From Cellvibrionaceae bacterium (GTDB lineage Bacteria > Pseudomonadota > Gammaproteobacteria > Pseudomonadales > JAILXX01): 64,000 nucleotides of DNA. The notes under the pieces were generated by a model. It ran no database searches. It saw only the letters and a program-made list of their open reading frames with translations, and was not told the origin of the DNA. The stretch lies in the NCBI GenBank assembly GCA_045430295.1, contig JAILXX010000005.1, positions 22,345 through 86,344 of the forward strand, given 5' to 3'. The translations under genes and the position numbers were made by a program. The stretch's first letter is position 1. Every line of letters begins with the position of its first letter. Shown here one piece after another: positions 31,358 to 42,222 of this stretch.

Positions 31358-32758
31358 ATGAGTGAGAAAGACACCAATCAGCAGTGGGGAGGCCGTTTTT
31401 CCGAGCCAACCGACGCCTTTGTTCAGCGTTTTACCGCATCTGTACAGTTCGACCAGCGTATGTACGCCCAGGATATTCGCGGTTCTATCGCCCATGCCAC
31501 CATGCTGGAGAAAGCTGGTGTGCTGTCTGCGGAAGAAGTGGAAAAGATCATCACAGGCTTGAAAAGCGTAAAGGCCGATATCGAAGCCGGTAATTTCGAG
31601 TGGTCTATCCCTCTGGAAGACGTTCATATGAACGTGGAAGCGGCTCTCACTGACCGCATCGGTATTGCGGGTAAGAAGCTCCATACTGGCCGCTCTCGTA
31701 ACGATCAGGTAGCCACGGACATTCGCCTGTGGATTCGCGATGAGATCGACACCATTGCCCATGAACTCACCCGCCTTCAAGAAGGCTTGGTGGAGCTGGC
31801 AGAGAAAGAAGCTGACACCATTATGCCGGGTTTCACCCATTTGCAGACCGCTCAGCCAGTGACCTTTGGTCACCACCTACTGGCCTGGAATGAAATGCTA
31901 CAGCGGGACTTTGGCCGCCTGATGGACTGTCGCAAGCGCATGAATCAGTCGCCGCTGGGTGCCGCTGCCTTGGCGGGAACCACGTATCCAATCCAGCGTG
32001 AAATCACGGCCGAGTTGTTAGAGTTCGACAAGCCAACGGAAAACTCCTTGGATTCGGTATCCGATCGCGACTTCGGCATCGAGTTTTGTGCCTTCGCCAG
32101 CATCCTCCTTACTCACTTGTCTCGCATGAGTGAAGAGTTGGTGTTGTGGACTTCTGCCCAGTTCAATTTTATCGAATTACCAGACCGCTTCTGCACCGGC
32201 TCATCCATTATGCCCCAGAAGAAAAATCCAGACGTGCCTGAGTTGGTACGGGGTAAAACCGGTCGTGTGAATGGTCACCTGATTAGCTTGCTGACATTGA
32301 TGAAGTCTCAGCCTCTGGCCTACAACAAAGACAATCAGGAAGACAAAGAGCCTCTCTACGATGCCGTGGATACGGTTCGCGATTGTCTCCGTGCATTTGC
32401 GGATATGGCGCCGGCTATTGTGCCTCGCAAAGAAAGTATGTTGGAAGCGGCCAAGCGTGGCTTCTCTACCGCCACCGACTTGGCAGACTACTTGGTGCGT
32501 AAAGGTATTCCGTTCCGCGATTCCCACGAAGTGGTGGGTAAGTCCGTGGCTTACGGTATCGAGCAGGGCAAAGACTTGTCTGAAATGACCTTGCAAGAGC
32601 TGCAGCAGTTCAGCGATGTGATAGCGCAAGACGTGTTCGATGTGTTGACGTTGGAAGGCTCTGTTGCCGCTCGAGATCACTTAGGTGGTACAGCCCCTGC
32701 GCAAGTTCGTGCGGCGGCTGGCCGTGCTCGCACCTTATTGGCAGAGCGTAATAAGTAA
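31358..32758 (+). CDS. argH: Argininosuccinate lyase
   Basis: [35 protein letters not shown]. Confidence 0.98.
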   Translation: MSEKDTNQQWGGRFSEPTDAFVQRFTASVQFDQRMYAQDIRGSIAHATMLEKAGVLSAEEVEKIITGLKSVKADIEAGNFEWSIPLEDVHMNVEAALTDRIGIAGKKLHTGRSRNDQVATDIRLWIRDEIDTIAHELTRLQEGLVELAEKEADTIMPGFTHLQTAQPVTFGHHLLAWNEMLQRDFGRLMDCRKRMNQSPLGAAALAGTTYPIQREITAELLEFDKPTENSLDSVSDRDFGIEFCAFASILLTHLSRMSEELVLWTSAQFNFIELPDRFCTGSSIMPQKKNPDVPELVRGKTGRVNGHLISLLTLMKSQPLAYNKDNQEDKEPLYDAVDTVRDCLRAFADMAPAIVPRKESMLEAAKRGFSTATDLADYLVRKGIPFRDSHEVVGKSVAYGIEQGKDLSEMTLQELQQFSDVIAQDVFDVLTLEGSVAARDHLGGTAPAQVRAAAGRARTLLAERNK

Positions 32759-32776
32759 ACACAAGCTGGAAGGTGT

Positions 32777-32875
32777 CGTCATCCCCGCGCAGGCGGGACT
32801 CGCTAGAGCAGCGAAGCTCATCTAGCGCTTACCGACGTATACGAATAATAGATTCCCGCCTGCGCGGGAATGACG
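32777..32875. repeat. Inverted CGTC-type REP pair with an inner hairpin
   Basis: cgtcatccccgcgcaggcggg ... cccgcctgcgcgggaatgacg. Confidence 0.85.
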
Positions 32876-32890
32876 GTAAATGAGATATCT

Positions 32891-33841
32891 ATGTCGAATC
32901 AGACTCTCCGCATCGCCACTCGAAAAAGTGCTCTGGCTCTATGGCAGGCCGAACATGTTAAAGCGCGTCTTGAAGCCTTGCATACAGATCTCACTGTAGA
33001 GCTGGTGCCTATGACCACTAAAGGCGATCGTATTCTCGATGCGCCACTGGCAAAGGTGGGTGGTAAAGGTTTGTTCGTTAAAGAACTGGAAGCCGCCATG
33101 TTGGAAGGCCGTGCGGATATTGCGGTGCACTCTATGAAAGATGTACCCATGGAATTTCCAGAAGGCTTGGGGCTGGCAGTGATTGGCGAGCGTGAAGATC
33201 CGACGGATGCGTTTGTGTCGAATATCTATGAGCGCTTGGAAGATTTACCTCAAGGGGCAAAGTTGGGTACGTCCAGTTTGCGTCGGCAGTGTCAAATTAA
33301 AGCACTGCGCCCGGATTTAGACATTCTTAACTTGCGAGGTAACGTAAATACTCGCTTGGCTAAATTGGATGCCGGTGAATACGATGCAATTATTCTCGCC
33401 TCTGCGGGATTAATTCGTTTGGAGTTTGAAGATCGCATTCGTCAGCGTTTGGGTGATGACTTAAGTCTGCCTGCGGGTGGCCAAGGTGCTATCGGTATCG
33501 AGTGTCGTTTAGATGATGAGCGAATCGTGGATTTAATTGCGCCACTGCATCACGAAGAAAGTGCGGCTTGTGTGTTGGCGGAGCGTGCATTGAATCGCCG
33601 TTTAGAAGGCGGTTGCCAAGTACCTATCGCTTGCTTCGCGCTGCTGAGTGAAAGTGAAACCGGTGAAGACGATCATCAGCTTTGGCTGCGGGGTTTAGTG
33701 GGTGATGCAGATACCGGTGAAATTTTGCGTACGGAAATTCGTGGCATCGCTGCAGATGCTGAAGCATTAGGCATTCAAGCAGCTGAAGATCTTCTTGCGC
33801 AGGGTGCAGGAAAGATTTTAGAAAAAGTTTACGGCAATTAA
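32891..33841 (+). CDS. hemC: Hydroxymethylbilane synthase
   Basis: [44 protein letters not shown]. Confidence 0.97.
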   Translation: MSNQTLRIATRKSALALWQAEHVKARLEALHTDLTVELVPMTTKGDRILDAPLAKVGGKGLFVKELEAAMLEGRADIAVHSMKDVPMEFPEGLGLAVIGEREDPTDAFVSNIYERLEDLPQGAKLGTSSLRRQCQIKALRPDLDILNLRGNVNTRLAKLDAGEYDAIILASAGLIRLEFEDRIRQRLGDDLSLPAGGQGAIGIECRLDDERIVDLIAPLHHEESAACVLAERALNRRLEGGCQVPIACFALLSESETGEDDHQLWLRGLVGDADTGEILRTEIRGIAADAEALGIQAAEDLLAQGAGKILEKVYGN

Positions 33842-33856
33842 TAAACATATGCCGTC

Positions 33857-33919
33857 TGTAGGTCGGCCTTTAGGCCGACAGCTATCCTAAACTATTGTCG
33901 GCCTAAAGGCCGACCTACA
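33857..33919. repeat. Inverted GTAG REP pair
   Basis: tgtaggtcggcctttaggccgaca ... tgtcggcctaaaggccgacctaca; same family at 3016-3042 and 43561-43584. Confidence 0.85.
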
Positions 33920-33940
33920 CTCGAAGCAGGGTTTTGGCAT

Positions 33941-34747
33941 TTGCGCATATTAGTTACTCGCCCTCAACCGCAATCCGAAACTTTTGCGGAACGTCTAAAG
34001 CAGCAGGGGCATGACCCTGTTGCAGTTCCCCTTTCAGAAATTATTCCCTTTACCTCTGTTTTCGATACAGGTTTCGAAACGAATTCCGATACCCGCCCAG
34101 AATTTGAAACCGCTTGTCGGATAGTGATGGAGTTGGATAACTACCAAAAAGTTATCGCCGTAAGTGTTAATGCGGCCCGCTACGGGGCGGAAGTGATCGA
34201 TCGTTATTGGCCTCAGTGGCCTGCGGGTATTCAATGGTTTGCGGTGGGCAGTAAAACCGCTGCGGAATTAGAAAGTTGGGGCCAGCCAGTGAAAGCGCCG
34301 AATGATATGAGCAGTGAAGGCCTATTGGTCATGGAAGAATTGCAGCAGCTAGATTATGAGAAAGTGTTGTTGCTCTGCGGTGAAGGTGGCCGTGAACTTT
34401 TACAGCGAGACTTAGAGCAGCGAGGTGCTCAGGTTCAGCGCTGTGAACTTTATCGGCGTCAGGAGCCTATCTCAGCAGAAGGAGATTTAACCTTGGCCCT
34501 TCAGTCACACGCTTCTCAACCTTTTGATGCCATTACGGTCACCAGTGGCGAGATACTACACACCTTGTATCAGTTGCTAAACAAATTGCCTCAGCCGGGG
34601 GGGGGGGGTACGCCGCTTTTTGCCACTGCACTGATAGTTCCCAGTGAGCGCATAGCCCAGCAGGCTAATACCATGGGTTGGCAGAAAGTGATTCTTGCCC
34701 GTAATGCCACTGACGAAGCCATGCTGGTGGCGCTGCAAGAGATTTAA
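33941..34747 (+). CDS. hemD: Uroporphyrinogen-III synthase
   Basis: ILVTRP, VSVNA, FAVGSKTA, SEGLL, GEGGRELL, YRR, VTSGE; follows hemC. Confidence 0.92.
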   Translation: MRILVTRPQPQSETFAERLKQQGHDPVAVPLSEIIPFTSVFDTGFETNSDTRPEFETACRIVMELDNYQKVIAVSVNAARYGAEVIDRYWPQWPAGIQWFAVGSKTAAELESWGQPVKAPNDMSSEGLLVMEELQQLDYEKVLLLCGEGGRELLQRDLEQRGAQVQRCELYRRQEPISAEGDLTLALQSHASQPFDAITVTSGEILHTLYQLLNKLPQPGGGGTPLFATALIVPSERIAQQANTMGWQKVILARNATDEAMLVALQEI

Positions 34748-34808
34748 AAAAAACGGCTGATTTTTCTAAGGGCTGAAACTGGCGTATGCTTAGAAATTGT
34801 TCAGGAAT

Positions 34809-34871
34809 CGTCATTCCCGCGCAGGCGGGAATCTACTAGAGGTATAGATCCCCGCCTTCGCGGGAATGACG
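34809..34871. repeat. Inverted CGTC-type REP pair
   Basis: cgtcattcccgcgcaggcgggaatcta ... tagatccccgccttcgcgggaatgacg. Confidence 0.85.
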
Positions 34872-34928
34872 GACTTGGGAAGAGCTGGCGATAGAGAATA
34901 GATACGTGAATTAAGAGCAGAATAAAAC

Positions 34929-36266
34929 ATGAGCGAAAACGAAAAGAAGCCTGAAACCACGGAAGCTGACTCCTCTACCCCTGACGTAGAAACTGGCTTA
35001 GAAGAAGCCAAGCCAGAAGTTGAGTCAGAAGCTAAATCAGAAACTACGCCTACAGAGCCGCAAGCAACACCAGCCAAGCCTCATCGTATGCAAGAAGCTT
35101 CTACATCTAAAGTTCCAAATCCTGAAGCTAATCAGCAATCTCACTCTCAATCTCAGCCAGGGAAAAAATCAGCACTGGCAACTAGTTTATCTGTGATCGC
35201 CTTTTTGACGTCTCTAGGTGTTGCCGGTGGTGGCTGGTGGTTGTGGCAACAGCAGGGGCAGCTTGTACAAAATCAGAATGCCGCTCAGAAAGCCTTGTCA
35301 TCAACCGTCAATGAGCAGCAGGGAAAAGTAGATTCACTAAAAGGCCAGCTGGCGCAAGTTCAAGCTGCTAGCCAGCAGTTACAGCAAGTTTTACAGCAGC
35401 AAGCCAAGCAGTTAGAAACGGCAGTCTTGCCTCGCTTGGATAGCCATAACCGTCGTTTGCTGGCCTTGGGTAATACGTCCCGTGAAGATTGGTTGTTAGC
35501 CGAAGCAGAATATTTATTGCGCTTAGCGGCACAGAGACAATCTATTGAAGGTGTCAGCGATAGTGTGGCTGCGCTTGTGGTATCTGCGGATACCATCTTG
35601 CGGGATGTGGCCGATGCGGATTTGTATCCTGTGCGTGAGGCCTTAGCTCGCGAAGTGGCAGCGTTAAAGCTAGCGGGCTCAGTTGATCGCCAAGGTCTGT
35701 ATGCCAAGCTCACCGCAGTGCAAGAACAAATTTCTTTGCTGCCAGAAATTGAAGTTTTATTGCCGAAAGCAAAAGAAGAAATTATTCCTGCAGAAAATAA
35801 TGAGAGTGGTTTTGTTGCAAGCTTGCATGAGTTTGCCGAGAAAATGCAAAGCCATGTACGTCTGTCTAACAGCAGTGAAGGTAGCCGCTTTATCAGCACG
35901 GATTTAATGCCTGAAGCGAAAAGTTTTGCGAAAGCGCGTATGACATTGTTGATTACTCAAGCGCAAAGTGCGCTTCTGCAATCTGAGCGAGAGCTTTACC
36001 TTTCTGCGTTATCACAAATCAACCCCTTGGTTGAAAAACATTTTCCGGTCAGTAATCAACGGGGTTGGATTCTTGAAGAAGTGGCTTTGCTGGAAGCGAA
36101 AAATATTTCTCCACCGAGAGTGGCTTTGAATGGAAGCTTAAATGCATTGCGGGCTTATATTGAACGTTTGCATAAACTGGCGCCTCCGAAAAATACTAAG
36201 CCTGCTGCTGTCTCAGCGGTAAAGTCTCAATCACCGGCTAATACAGAGAAGGAGATTGCCCAATGA
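34929..36266 (+). CDS. hemX: HemX protein
   Basis: Disordered N-terminus, one TM helix, coiled coil, DWLLAEAEYLLRLA motif. Confidence 0.9.
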   Translation: MSENEKKPETTEADSSTPDVETGLEEAKPEVESEAKSETTPTEPQATPAKPHRMQEASTSKVPNPEANQQSHSQSQPGKKSALATSLSVIAFLTSLGVAGGGWWLWQQQGQLVQNQNAAQKALSSTVNEQQGKVDSLKGQLAQVQAASQQLQQVLQQQAKQLETAVLPRLDSHNRRLLALGNTSREDWLLAEAEYLLRLAAQRQSIEGVSDSVAALVVSADTILRDVADADLYPVREALAREVAALKLAGSVDRQGLYAKLTAVQEQISLLPEIEVLLPKAKEEIIPAENNESGFVASLHEFAEKMQSHVRLSNSSEGSRFISTDLMPEAKSFAKARMTLLITQAQSALLQSERELYLSALSQINPLVEKHFPVSNQRGWILEEVALLEAKNISPPRVALNGSLNALRAYIERLHKLAPPKNTKPAAVSAVKSQSPANTEKEIAQ

Positions 36267-37507
36267 GGCGCTTTCTATTGTGGCTGGTGGGTGCCTTGTG
36301 CGCAGGTGGCTTGCTGTATCAATTTATTGCGGCAGATAGTGGCTATGTGTTGATTGCCTATGGTGATTACGCTTTAGAGATGACCTTATGGGCGCTGGCA
36401 GTTGTATTGTTAGCGGCTGGGTTTTGTGTGTGGTTATTTTGGCGATTAGCCAGTGGGACTCTGGGGTTTACGTCCGGCGTGTTTGCCGGTTTGTCTTCTC
36501 GCAAGCAGCGTAAAGCTCGCAAGGAGACCACCGAAGGCATCTTAGATTATTTAGAAGGTTATTGGAGTCGCGCCCGGCAGCGTTTAGAAAAAGCTGCTCC
36601 TCATTCCGAAACGCCTATGTTGAATTATCTTGTGGCGGCCCATGCCGCCAGCGCTCAAGGTAAGGCACAGCTAGCCCGTGAAAATTTAGCCAAAGCTGAA
36701 AAGTGTGCGGACAAAGAAGCTTTGGTGATTGAAATCACCAAAGGCCGTTTGCATTTGTTAGCAGGTCGCTACGAAGCGGCTCTTGCGGCTTTTATGCGCT
36801 GCCGAGAAAAAGCACCAAAGCATCCAGTGGTGTTAAACCTTTTACACAAGGTGTATTTAAAGTTGGAAGCATGGAGTGATTTGATGCTTCTCCTGCCGAA
36901 TTTGAAAGATGCCGATGTGTTAACGAAAGAAGAATACAATTCGTTGATTGAGAAAATCTATTTTCATCAATTAGAAAATTTTTTGGAGCCGGTGCCGGTT
37001 AAAGTGAAGGAGGCAGATGAGCTTTGGTTGCAAATGCCAAAAGCTTTAAAGCGAAAAGCCCCTTTATTGGAAGCTTATATTCTGATCTTGCGCGAAGCCA
37101 ATAGAGAACAGGATGCGGAGCAATTACTGAAGGAGTTTTTAAAGCGTGATTGGGATGGCGCTCTGATTAATCTTTACGGTTTAGTGGCGGCAGACGATGT
37201 GGCAAAGCAATTATTGCTAGCAGAAACCTGGTTGCGAGAGCGCCCGGGAGATGCAGGGCTCTTATTAACCCTGGGACGTTTATGTTTACGCAATGAGTTG
37301 TGGGGTAAAGCGAAGGAATATTTTAACAGCGCCATTGAGCAGGGTCGTGGTGCAGAAGCTTACGCAGAGCAGGCGAGATTGTTGGCGCATATGGGGGAAT
37401 ATGAAGCCAGCAACCAATACTATCAGCAGGGGTTGATGGTCTCCGCTAGAAAATTATCAGAATTGCCTCAGCCTCATCTCGATCAAACTCAGGCAAGTGG
37501 TTCATAA
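36263..37507 (+). CDS. hemY: HemY N-terminal-domain/TPR protein
   Basis: DSGYVLI, TPR-like repeats, LGRLCLRNELWGKAKEY; overlaps the hemX stop codon. Confidence 0.92.
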   Translation: MRRFLLWLVGALCAGGLLYQFIAADSGYVLIAYGDYALEMTLWALAVVLLAAGFCVWLFWRLASGTLGFTSGVFAGLSSRKQRKARKETTEGILDYLEGYWSRARQRLEKAAPHSETPMLNYLVAAHAASAQGKAQLARENLAKAEKCADKEALVIEITKGRLHLLAGRYEAALAAFMRCREKAPKHPVVLNLLHKVYLKLEAWSDLMLLLPNLKDADVLTKEEYNSLIEKIYFHQLENFLEPVPVKVKEADELWLQMPKALKRKAPLLEAYILILREANREQDAEQLLKEFLKRDWDGALINLYGLVAADDVAKQLLLAETWLRERPGDAGLLLTLGRLCLRNELWGKAKEYFNSAIEQGRGAEAYAEQARLLAHMGEYEASNQYYQQGLMVSARKLSELPQPHLDQTQASGS

Positions 37508-37526
37508 GTTTTGGTTTTATTTTGAT

Positions 37527-37928
37527 CTAACCCCCTCGCATTTCTTCTTTTAGCCAGGCTAGGGCTTTTTCCCGGCTTTCGAAAAGCTGTGGTATCCAAT
37601 CAAAGGGTGTATTAATTGAAGTCTCCATAATGGAGAGTTTTTGGTTGTGGTGCCTTGCGATAACGGCACGAGTTATCACGTTCGGTAAACTGCCGATGAG
37701 TTGCTGGGCCCCCACACTAAATTCGTAGTCACCATCTTGGTTGTAAATGACAGCAATCTTATTACCGAGTGCAGAGAGTGCGTCGCATAACTCGCGCATG
37801 TGGCCCGTGTTTACAGTTGTGTGGCTATCTATTCCGATTTCAAAAATATTTTCTGTGTGCGGCAAGATGGTCGCAAAAGAAATTCGAATGGGTTGCAAAT
37901 GATCCAATTGAAGCTGCGCTGCAGACAT
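37527..37928 (-). CDS. Hypothetical protein with SpoIIAA/STAS-SEC14-like pattern
   Basis: 133 aa; C-terminal LFESREKALAWL motif; AGGA RBS. Confidence 0.6.
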   Translation of the reverse strand: MSAAQLQLDHLQPIRISFATILPHTENIFEIGIDSHTTVNTGHMRELCDALSALGNKIAVIYNQDGDYEFSVGAQQLIGSLPNVITRAVIARHHNQKLSIMETSINTPFDWIPQLFESREKALAWLKEEMRGG

Positions 37929-38242
37929 AAGTATCCATTCCTAAGAAGTTGAAAAGGTGCTCGTTGAAAAAGTACTACAGCGGTGTTGAGCGCTGATCAA
38001 AATTTCAGCATTCATTTTACGTATAAGACGGCGCTTGCCAAATACTGTTTATTTATAGGGCGGGAGTGCAACCCAAACTTGGGGAATAAGAAAGCAGGCG
38101 CCGTTGGCGCCAGGGGTTATAAAAAGGAATCTGGCGACTATTGTTGAGGCAGGCTTGGCCCATATGGGGTATGGGCCGTGGGTGTTGGGCCAAGTTGAGT
38201 ACAGGGGTTAACGTTGAAGCTCTAGCTTAGGTTCAGAACAGT

Positions 38243-39706
38243 CTAGAGCCCTAATTCTTCCCAGATATCATCTACCCGGGCTTTCACATCGGCATCCATC
38301 ACAATGGGTTCTCCCCATTCACGATCAGTTTCGCCGGGCCACTTGTTGGTGGCATCCAGCCCCATTTTTGAGCCCAACCCTGAAACCGGGGAGGCAAAGT
38401 CCAGGTAGTCGATGGGGGTGTTTTCGATCATTACCGTATCCCGTGCCGGATCCATACGGGTGGTGATGGCCCAGATTACATCTTCCCAGCTGCGGGTGTT
38501 TACGTCGTCGTCGGTCACCACCACAAACTTGGTGTACATAAACTGGCGTAAGAAGGACCATACTCCCAGCATTACCCGTTTGGCGTGGCCGGGGTACTGC
38601 TTCTTAATGGACACCACGGCAAAGCGGTAGGAGCAGCCTTCAGGGGGCAGGTAAAAGTCCACAATCTCAGGGAATTGCTTCTTCAGAATGGGGACGAACA
38701 CCTCGTTGAGGGCCACACCGAGAATGGCGGGCTCATCTGGGGGTCTTCCTGTATAGGTGCTGTGATAAATGGGGGCTTTGCGGTGAGTGATTCGCTCCAC
38801 GGTGAATACCGGGAAGGAGTCCACTTCGTTGTAGTAGCCGGTATGATCCCCAAAGGGGCCTTCGGGGGCCATGTCTTCAGGGTGAATAACCCCTTCTAAA
38901 ATAAATTCTGCGCTGGCGGGTACCGATAAATCGTTGCCAATGCTTTTGCTCACCTCAGTTTTGTCGCCCCGGAGAAGTCCTGCAAAGGCGTATTCCGACA
39001 AGGTATCGGGTACTGGGGTTACGGCCCCGAGAATGGTGGCAGGGTCTGCCCCTAGTGCCACAGAAACAGGGAAAGGCTCGCCGGGGTTTTCTTGCTGCCA
39101 CTCGCGAAAATCCAAAGCGCCACCGCGGTGGGAGAGCCAGCGCATAATCAGGCGGTTTTTGCTCAGCTTCTGCATACGGTAGATGCCCAGATTCTGCCGC
39201 TCTTTATGAGGGCCGCGAGTAACCACTAGAGGCCAAGTAACAAGCGGTGCAGCATCACCGGGCCAGCAGGTTTGAATGGGGAGTCGGTCTAGGTCGACAT
39301 CATCGCCTTCCTGTACCACTTGCTGGCAAGGAGGGCTCTTTACCACCTTGGGCCCCATATTCATTACTTGCTTGAATACAGGCAGTTTTTCCCAAGCGTC
39401 TTTCAAACCTTTGGGGGGGTCAGGCTCTTTTAAAAAAGCGAGGAGCTCACCCACTTCTCGCAGGTGCTCTACAGATTCTTGTCCCATACCTAAGGCGACC
39501 CGTTCCGGGGTACCAAAGAGGTTGCCCAGCAGGGGGATATCAGAACCAACAGGATTTTCAAACAGTAGAGCAGGGCCGCCGGCTCGTAGAGTTCGATCGC
39601 AGATTTCCGTGATTTCCAGGTTGGGATCAACTGGGTGTGAGATACGCTTGAGTTGGCCCTTCTCTTCAAGCAGGGCAATAAAATCGCGGAGGTCTTTGTA
39701 TTTCAT
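38243..39706 (-). CDS. ubiD: 3-polyprenyl-4-hydroxybenzoate decarboxylase
   Basis: [39 protein letters not shown]. Confidence 0.97.
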   Translation of the reverse strand: MKYKDLRDFIALLEEKGQLKRISHPVDPNLEITEICDRTLRAGGPALLFENPVGSDIPLLGNLFGTPERVALGMGQESVEHLREVGELLAFLKEPDPPKGLKDAWEKLPVFKQVMNMGPKVVKSPPCQQVVQEGDDVDLDRLPIQTCWPGDAAPLVTWPLVVTRGPHKERQNLGIYRMQKLSKNRLIMRWLSHRGGALDFREWQQENPGEPFPVSVALGADPATILGAVTPVPDTLSEYAFAGLLRGDKTEVSKSIGNDLSVPASAEFILEGVIHPEDMAPEGPFGDHTGYYNEVDSFPVFTVERITHRKAPIYHSTYTGRPPDEPAILGVALNEVFVPILKKQFPEIVDFYLPPEGCSYRFAVVSIKKQYPGHAKRVMLGVWSFLRQFMYTKFVVVTDDDVNTRSWEDVIWAITTRMDPARDTVMIENTPIDYLDFASPVSGLGSKMGLDATNKWPGETDREWGEPIVMDADVKARVDDIWEELGL

Positions 39707-39824
39707 CTTATTCCATCAGCGGCACAGTTATGGGCTAAGATTGTATCACTTAATAGCGAGAGTTTAGGCTCGCATTTAAAGGCTGACTTGAAAGTTGGCC
39801 CATGCTGATTGAATAGGAGAGGGG

Positions 39825-40628
39825 ATGATGTGGAAATTTATTGTTGGGGTTATCGTTACTCTGTTGGTGGCAGTGATCATCACTTTCGCGGTGGGTTTAA
39901 AGAATATTAATGAGCTGGTGAAGGTTGCGGTAGAGGTTGTAGGAACAGAGGTGATGGGGAGCCAGGTAACACTGAGAGAAGTCGACATCTCCTTGATGGA
40001 TGGCCGTGGAGAGTTGCGTGGGCTAACGGTACATAATCCTCCGGGTTTTAATACGGATTACCTTTTTCATTTAGATAAAACTGTTTTGCAGTTGGATGTG
40101 CAAAGTCTCACAGGCAAGGTTATCGTTATTAAAGAGATCACCATTAATGGCCCAAAAGTCATTGCAGAGCAGACGGAGCTACTAAAAACCAATCTGCAGG
40201 TTGCTTGGGATAATATGAAGAAAAGCACTGTTAAGCATACGGATGAGAAATCCCATACGGCAGAGGGGGCGAAAGCAGAGAGCCCTCATCACAATGTTAG
40301 ACTGATGGTAGAAAAGTTTAGCTTCAACAATGCCCAGCTGGATTTGATTTCCAATGAATGGGGGGCTCGCTCCCTAACCATGAAGCCGGTTAAGGCTGAA
40401 AACTTAGGCAGTAAAGCAGAGGGGTTAACACCGGAGAATTTGGTAAAAGCCCTACTAAAGCCCGTGATAAAAATGGCTAAAGACCAAGTGGAAGATGAAA
40501 TTAAAGAAAAGCTAAAAGATAAGGCGGAAGATAAAGCCAAAGAGAAGCTTGAAGAAAAATTAAAAGATAAACTTTCTGAAAAAGACCGCGCCAAAATAGA
40601 TGAGCTTCGCAGCTTGTTTAAAAGGTAG
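39825..40628 (+). CDS. Membrane-anchored AsmA-like protein with a K/E-rich tail
   Basis: N-terminal TM helix, GLTVHNPPGF motif, beta-rich body. Confidence 0.6.
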   Translation: MMWKFIVGVIVTLLVAVIITFAVGLKNINELVKVAVEVVGTEVMGSQVTLREVDISLMDGRGELRGLTVHNPPGFNTDYLFHLDKTVLQLDVQSLTGKVIVIKEITINGPKVIAEQTELLKTNLQVAWDNMKKSTVKHTDEKSHTAEGAKAESPHHNVRLMVEKFSFNNAQLDLISNEWGARSLTMKPVKAENLGSKAEGLTPENLVKALLKPVIKMAKDQVEDEIKEKLKDKAEDKAKEKLEEKLKDKLSEKDRAKIDELRSLFKR

Positions 40629-40661
40629 TGGTCAACGCTAAGACTCCATCGAGATGTAACT

Positions 40662-41231
40662 ATGAATGATACTGCTGACTATGGGCCGTTAGCGGCCTTG
40701 ATTGGCCGTTGGGAAGGTGAGCAAGGAACCGATATTGCACCGGAACCGGATGGCACAGAAAACAATCCCTACTATGAATTTATTGAGTTCTATGGGGAAG
40801 ACGATACTGATAATGCGGAGACTCAAGAGTTAGTGATCGTTCGCTATCATCAGCAGGTGCGCCGAAAGTCAAACGGCAAAGTCTTTCACGACCAGGTGGG
40901 CTATTGGTTGTGGGATAAGGATGCAAACCAAGTGGTCCATAGCTTCACCATTCCTCGTGGGGTTGCTGTCATTGCAGGCGGGCAGGCAGAAAAAATAACG
41001 GATGGCTATCAACTCAGAGTAAAAGCCAAAAAAGGTGACCTTGACTGGGGTGTATTAGAAACTCCTTTTATGCGTGATAACGCAAGTACTACAGGCTTTG
41101 AAATGGAGCTGACGGTAACCTCTGACACTTTAAATTACATGCAAACCACAACCGTCGATATTTATGGGCGAGAAGGTTTTGAACATACCGATACCAACAC
41201 ATTAAAGCGTGTTAGTGAGTATATTGACTAG
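40662..41231 (+). CDS. Nitrobindin/FABP-like heme-binding beta-barrel protein
   Basis: GPLAALIGRWEG, FHDQVGYWLW, IPRG, C-terminal FEHTDTNTL. Confidence 0.85.
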   Translation: MNDTADYGPLAALIGRWEGEQGTDIAPEPDGTENNPYYEFIEFYGEDDTDNAETQELVIVRYHQQVRRKSNGKVFHDQVGYWLWDKDANQVVHSFTIPRGVAVIAGGQAEKITDGYQLRVKAKKGDLDWGVLETPFMRDNASTTGFEMELTVTSDTLNYMQTTTVDIYGREGFEHTDTNTLKRVSEYID

Positions 41232-41469
41232 GGAAGAAGGCTAACTATAATCAAGTGAGCTGGAAAGTTAGACCTATCTTTATGCAACACATCGATGACC
41301 TGTTTTCAGACATTCGCCATGTATTCATAAGTAATAGCAACACTTTTAGCAACACCCTTATAAACCAATAGAAAACAGTCACTAGGGTTTGAGTTATACA
41401 GATTTCTGTTTATACGCTGCGGTAGCCGGATTGTGACAAAAACATTACTCTTGAATACGGGAATGACAC

Positions 41470-41679
41470 ATGTCTGATACAACTACAGGAACTGTAAAGT
41501 GGTTTAACGATTCCAAAGGCTTTGGATTTATTGAGCAAGAAAATGGGCCAGATGTTTTTGCTCACTTTAGTGCAATTGAGGGAGGTGGTTTCCGCTCTTT
41601 GGCGGAAGGCCAGAAAGTTCAGTTCAAAATCACACAGGGGCAAAAAGGCCCTCAGGCGGAAAACATCGTGCCAGTTTAA
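41470..41679 (+). CDS. Cold-shock protein
   Basis: [34 protein letters not shown]. Confidence 0.97.
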   Translation: MSDTTTGTVKWFNDSKGFGFIEQENGPDVFAHFSAIEGGGFRSLAEGQKVQFKITQGQKGPQAENIVPV

Positions 41680-41705
41680 TAAGCTGTTCATTGAATTTTT
41701 TTTCG

Positions 41706-41733
41706 AAAAGCAGAACTTCGGTTCTGCTTTTTT
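41706..41733 (+). terminator. Intrinsic terminator
   Basis: aaaagcagaac-ttcg-gttctgctttttt. Confidence 0.85.
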
Positions 41734-41787
41734 TATGGTATTTAGTTTATCCTTTGGTAAGACCATACAAAATATCAGGTTAAAATT

Positions 41788-42189
41788 ATGAGTATCTATA
41801 AAGCTAGATTAGGTAAATCATTTATTTTAGTTGCGGCTATGTTTTTTAGTGTCGGAGCTTTAGGAGAAACCCTACAAACAGAGGTGATTAAACCGGAAGT
41901 AGGATTCTCTCTAGAAAAGTCAGGTTTGCAGGTAGAGAGTGTTACAGATGAAGGTGGTGCAGTAAGGGTCGAAATGTCACTGCCAAAAAATGGCAAGGCA
42001 GATATTGAGGAAGTTGTTGTTGTGGCCACAAAGAATAAGCCTGTGGTTGATGCTCCTAAAAAAGGCGTTCTAACAAGAGTGGAAGTTGTTAATGATCTGG
42101 ATAAAGACCGCAGTGGTATAGTGGTTTATTTTGGTAAGCGACAGCAGTTTCAGCTAACAATTAATTATTACGCACCCAAAAATCCATAA
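41788..42189 (+). CDS. Hypothetical exported protein
   Basis: Signal peptide-like N-terminus; 133 aa; fills the intergenic gap. Confidence 0.6.
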   Translation: MSIYKARLGKSFILVAAMFFSVGALGETLQTEVIKPEVGFSLEKSGLQVESVTDEGGAVRVEMSLPKNGKADIEEVVVVATKNKPVVDAPKKGVLTRVEVVNDLDKDRSGIVVYFGKRQQFQLTINYYAPKNP

Positions 42190-42222
42190 TTGATATCTAT
42201 AACTCATGTTTAACGTATTGTA

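Noticed and set aside
31205-31876. 223-aa minus-strand ORF (also 32201-32680)
   Set aside because: Antisense shadow of argH codon bias; no recognisable motifs
38043-38060. LexA-box-like TACTGTTTATTTATAG
   Set aside because: Does not give CTGT-N8-ACAG; right half-site mis-spaced
41232-41469. cspA-type thermosensor 5' UTR
   Set aside because: Plausible by position, but I could not identify diagnostic sequence or structure by eye
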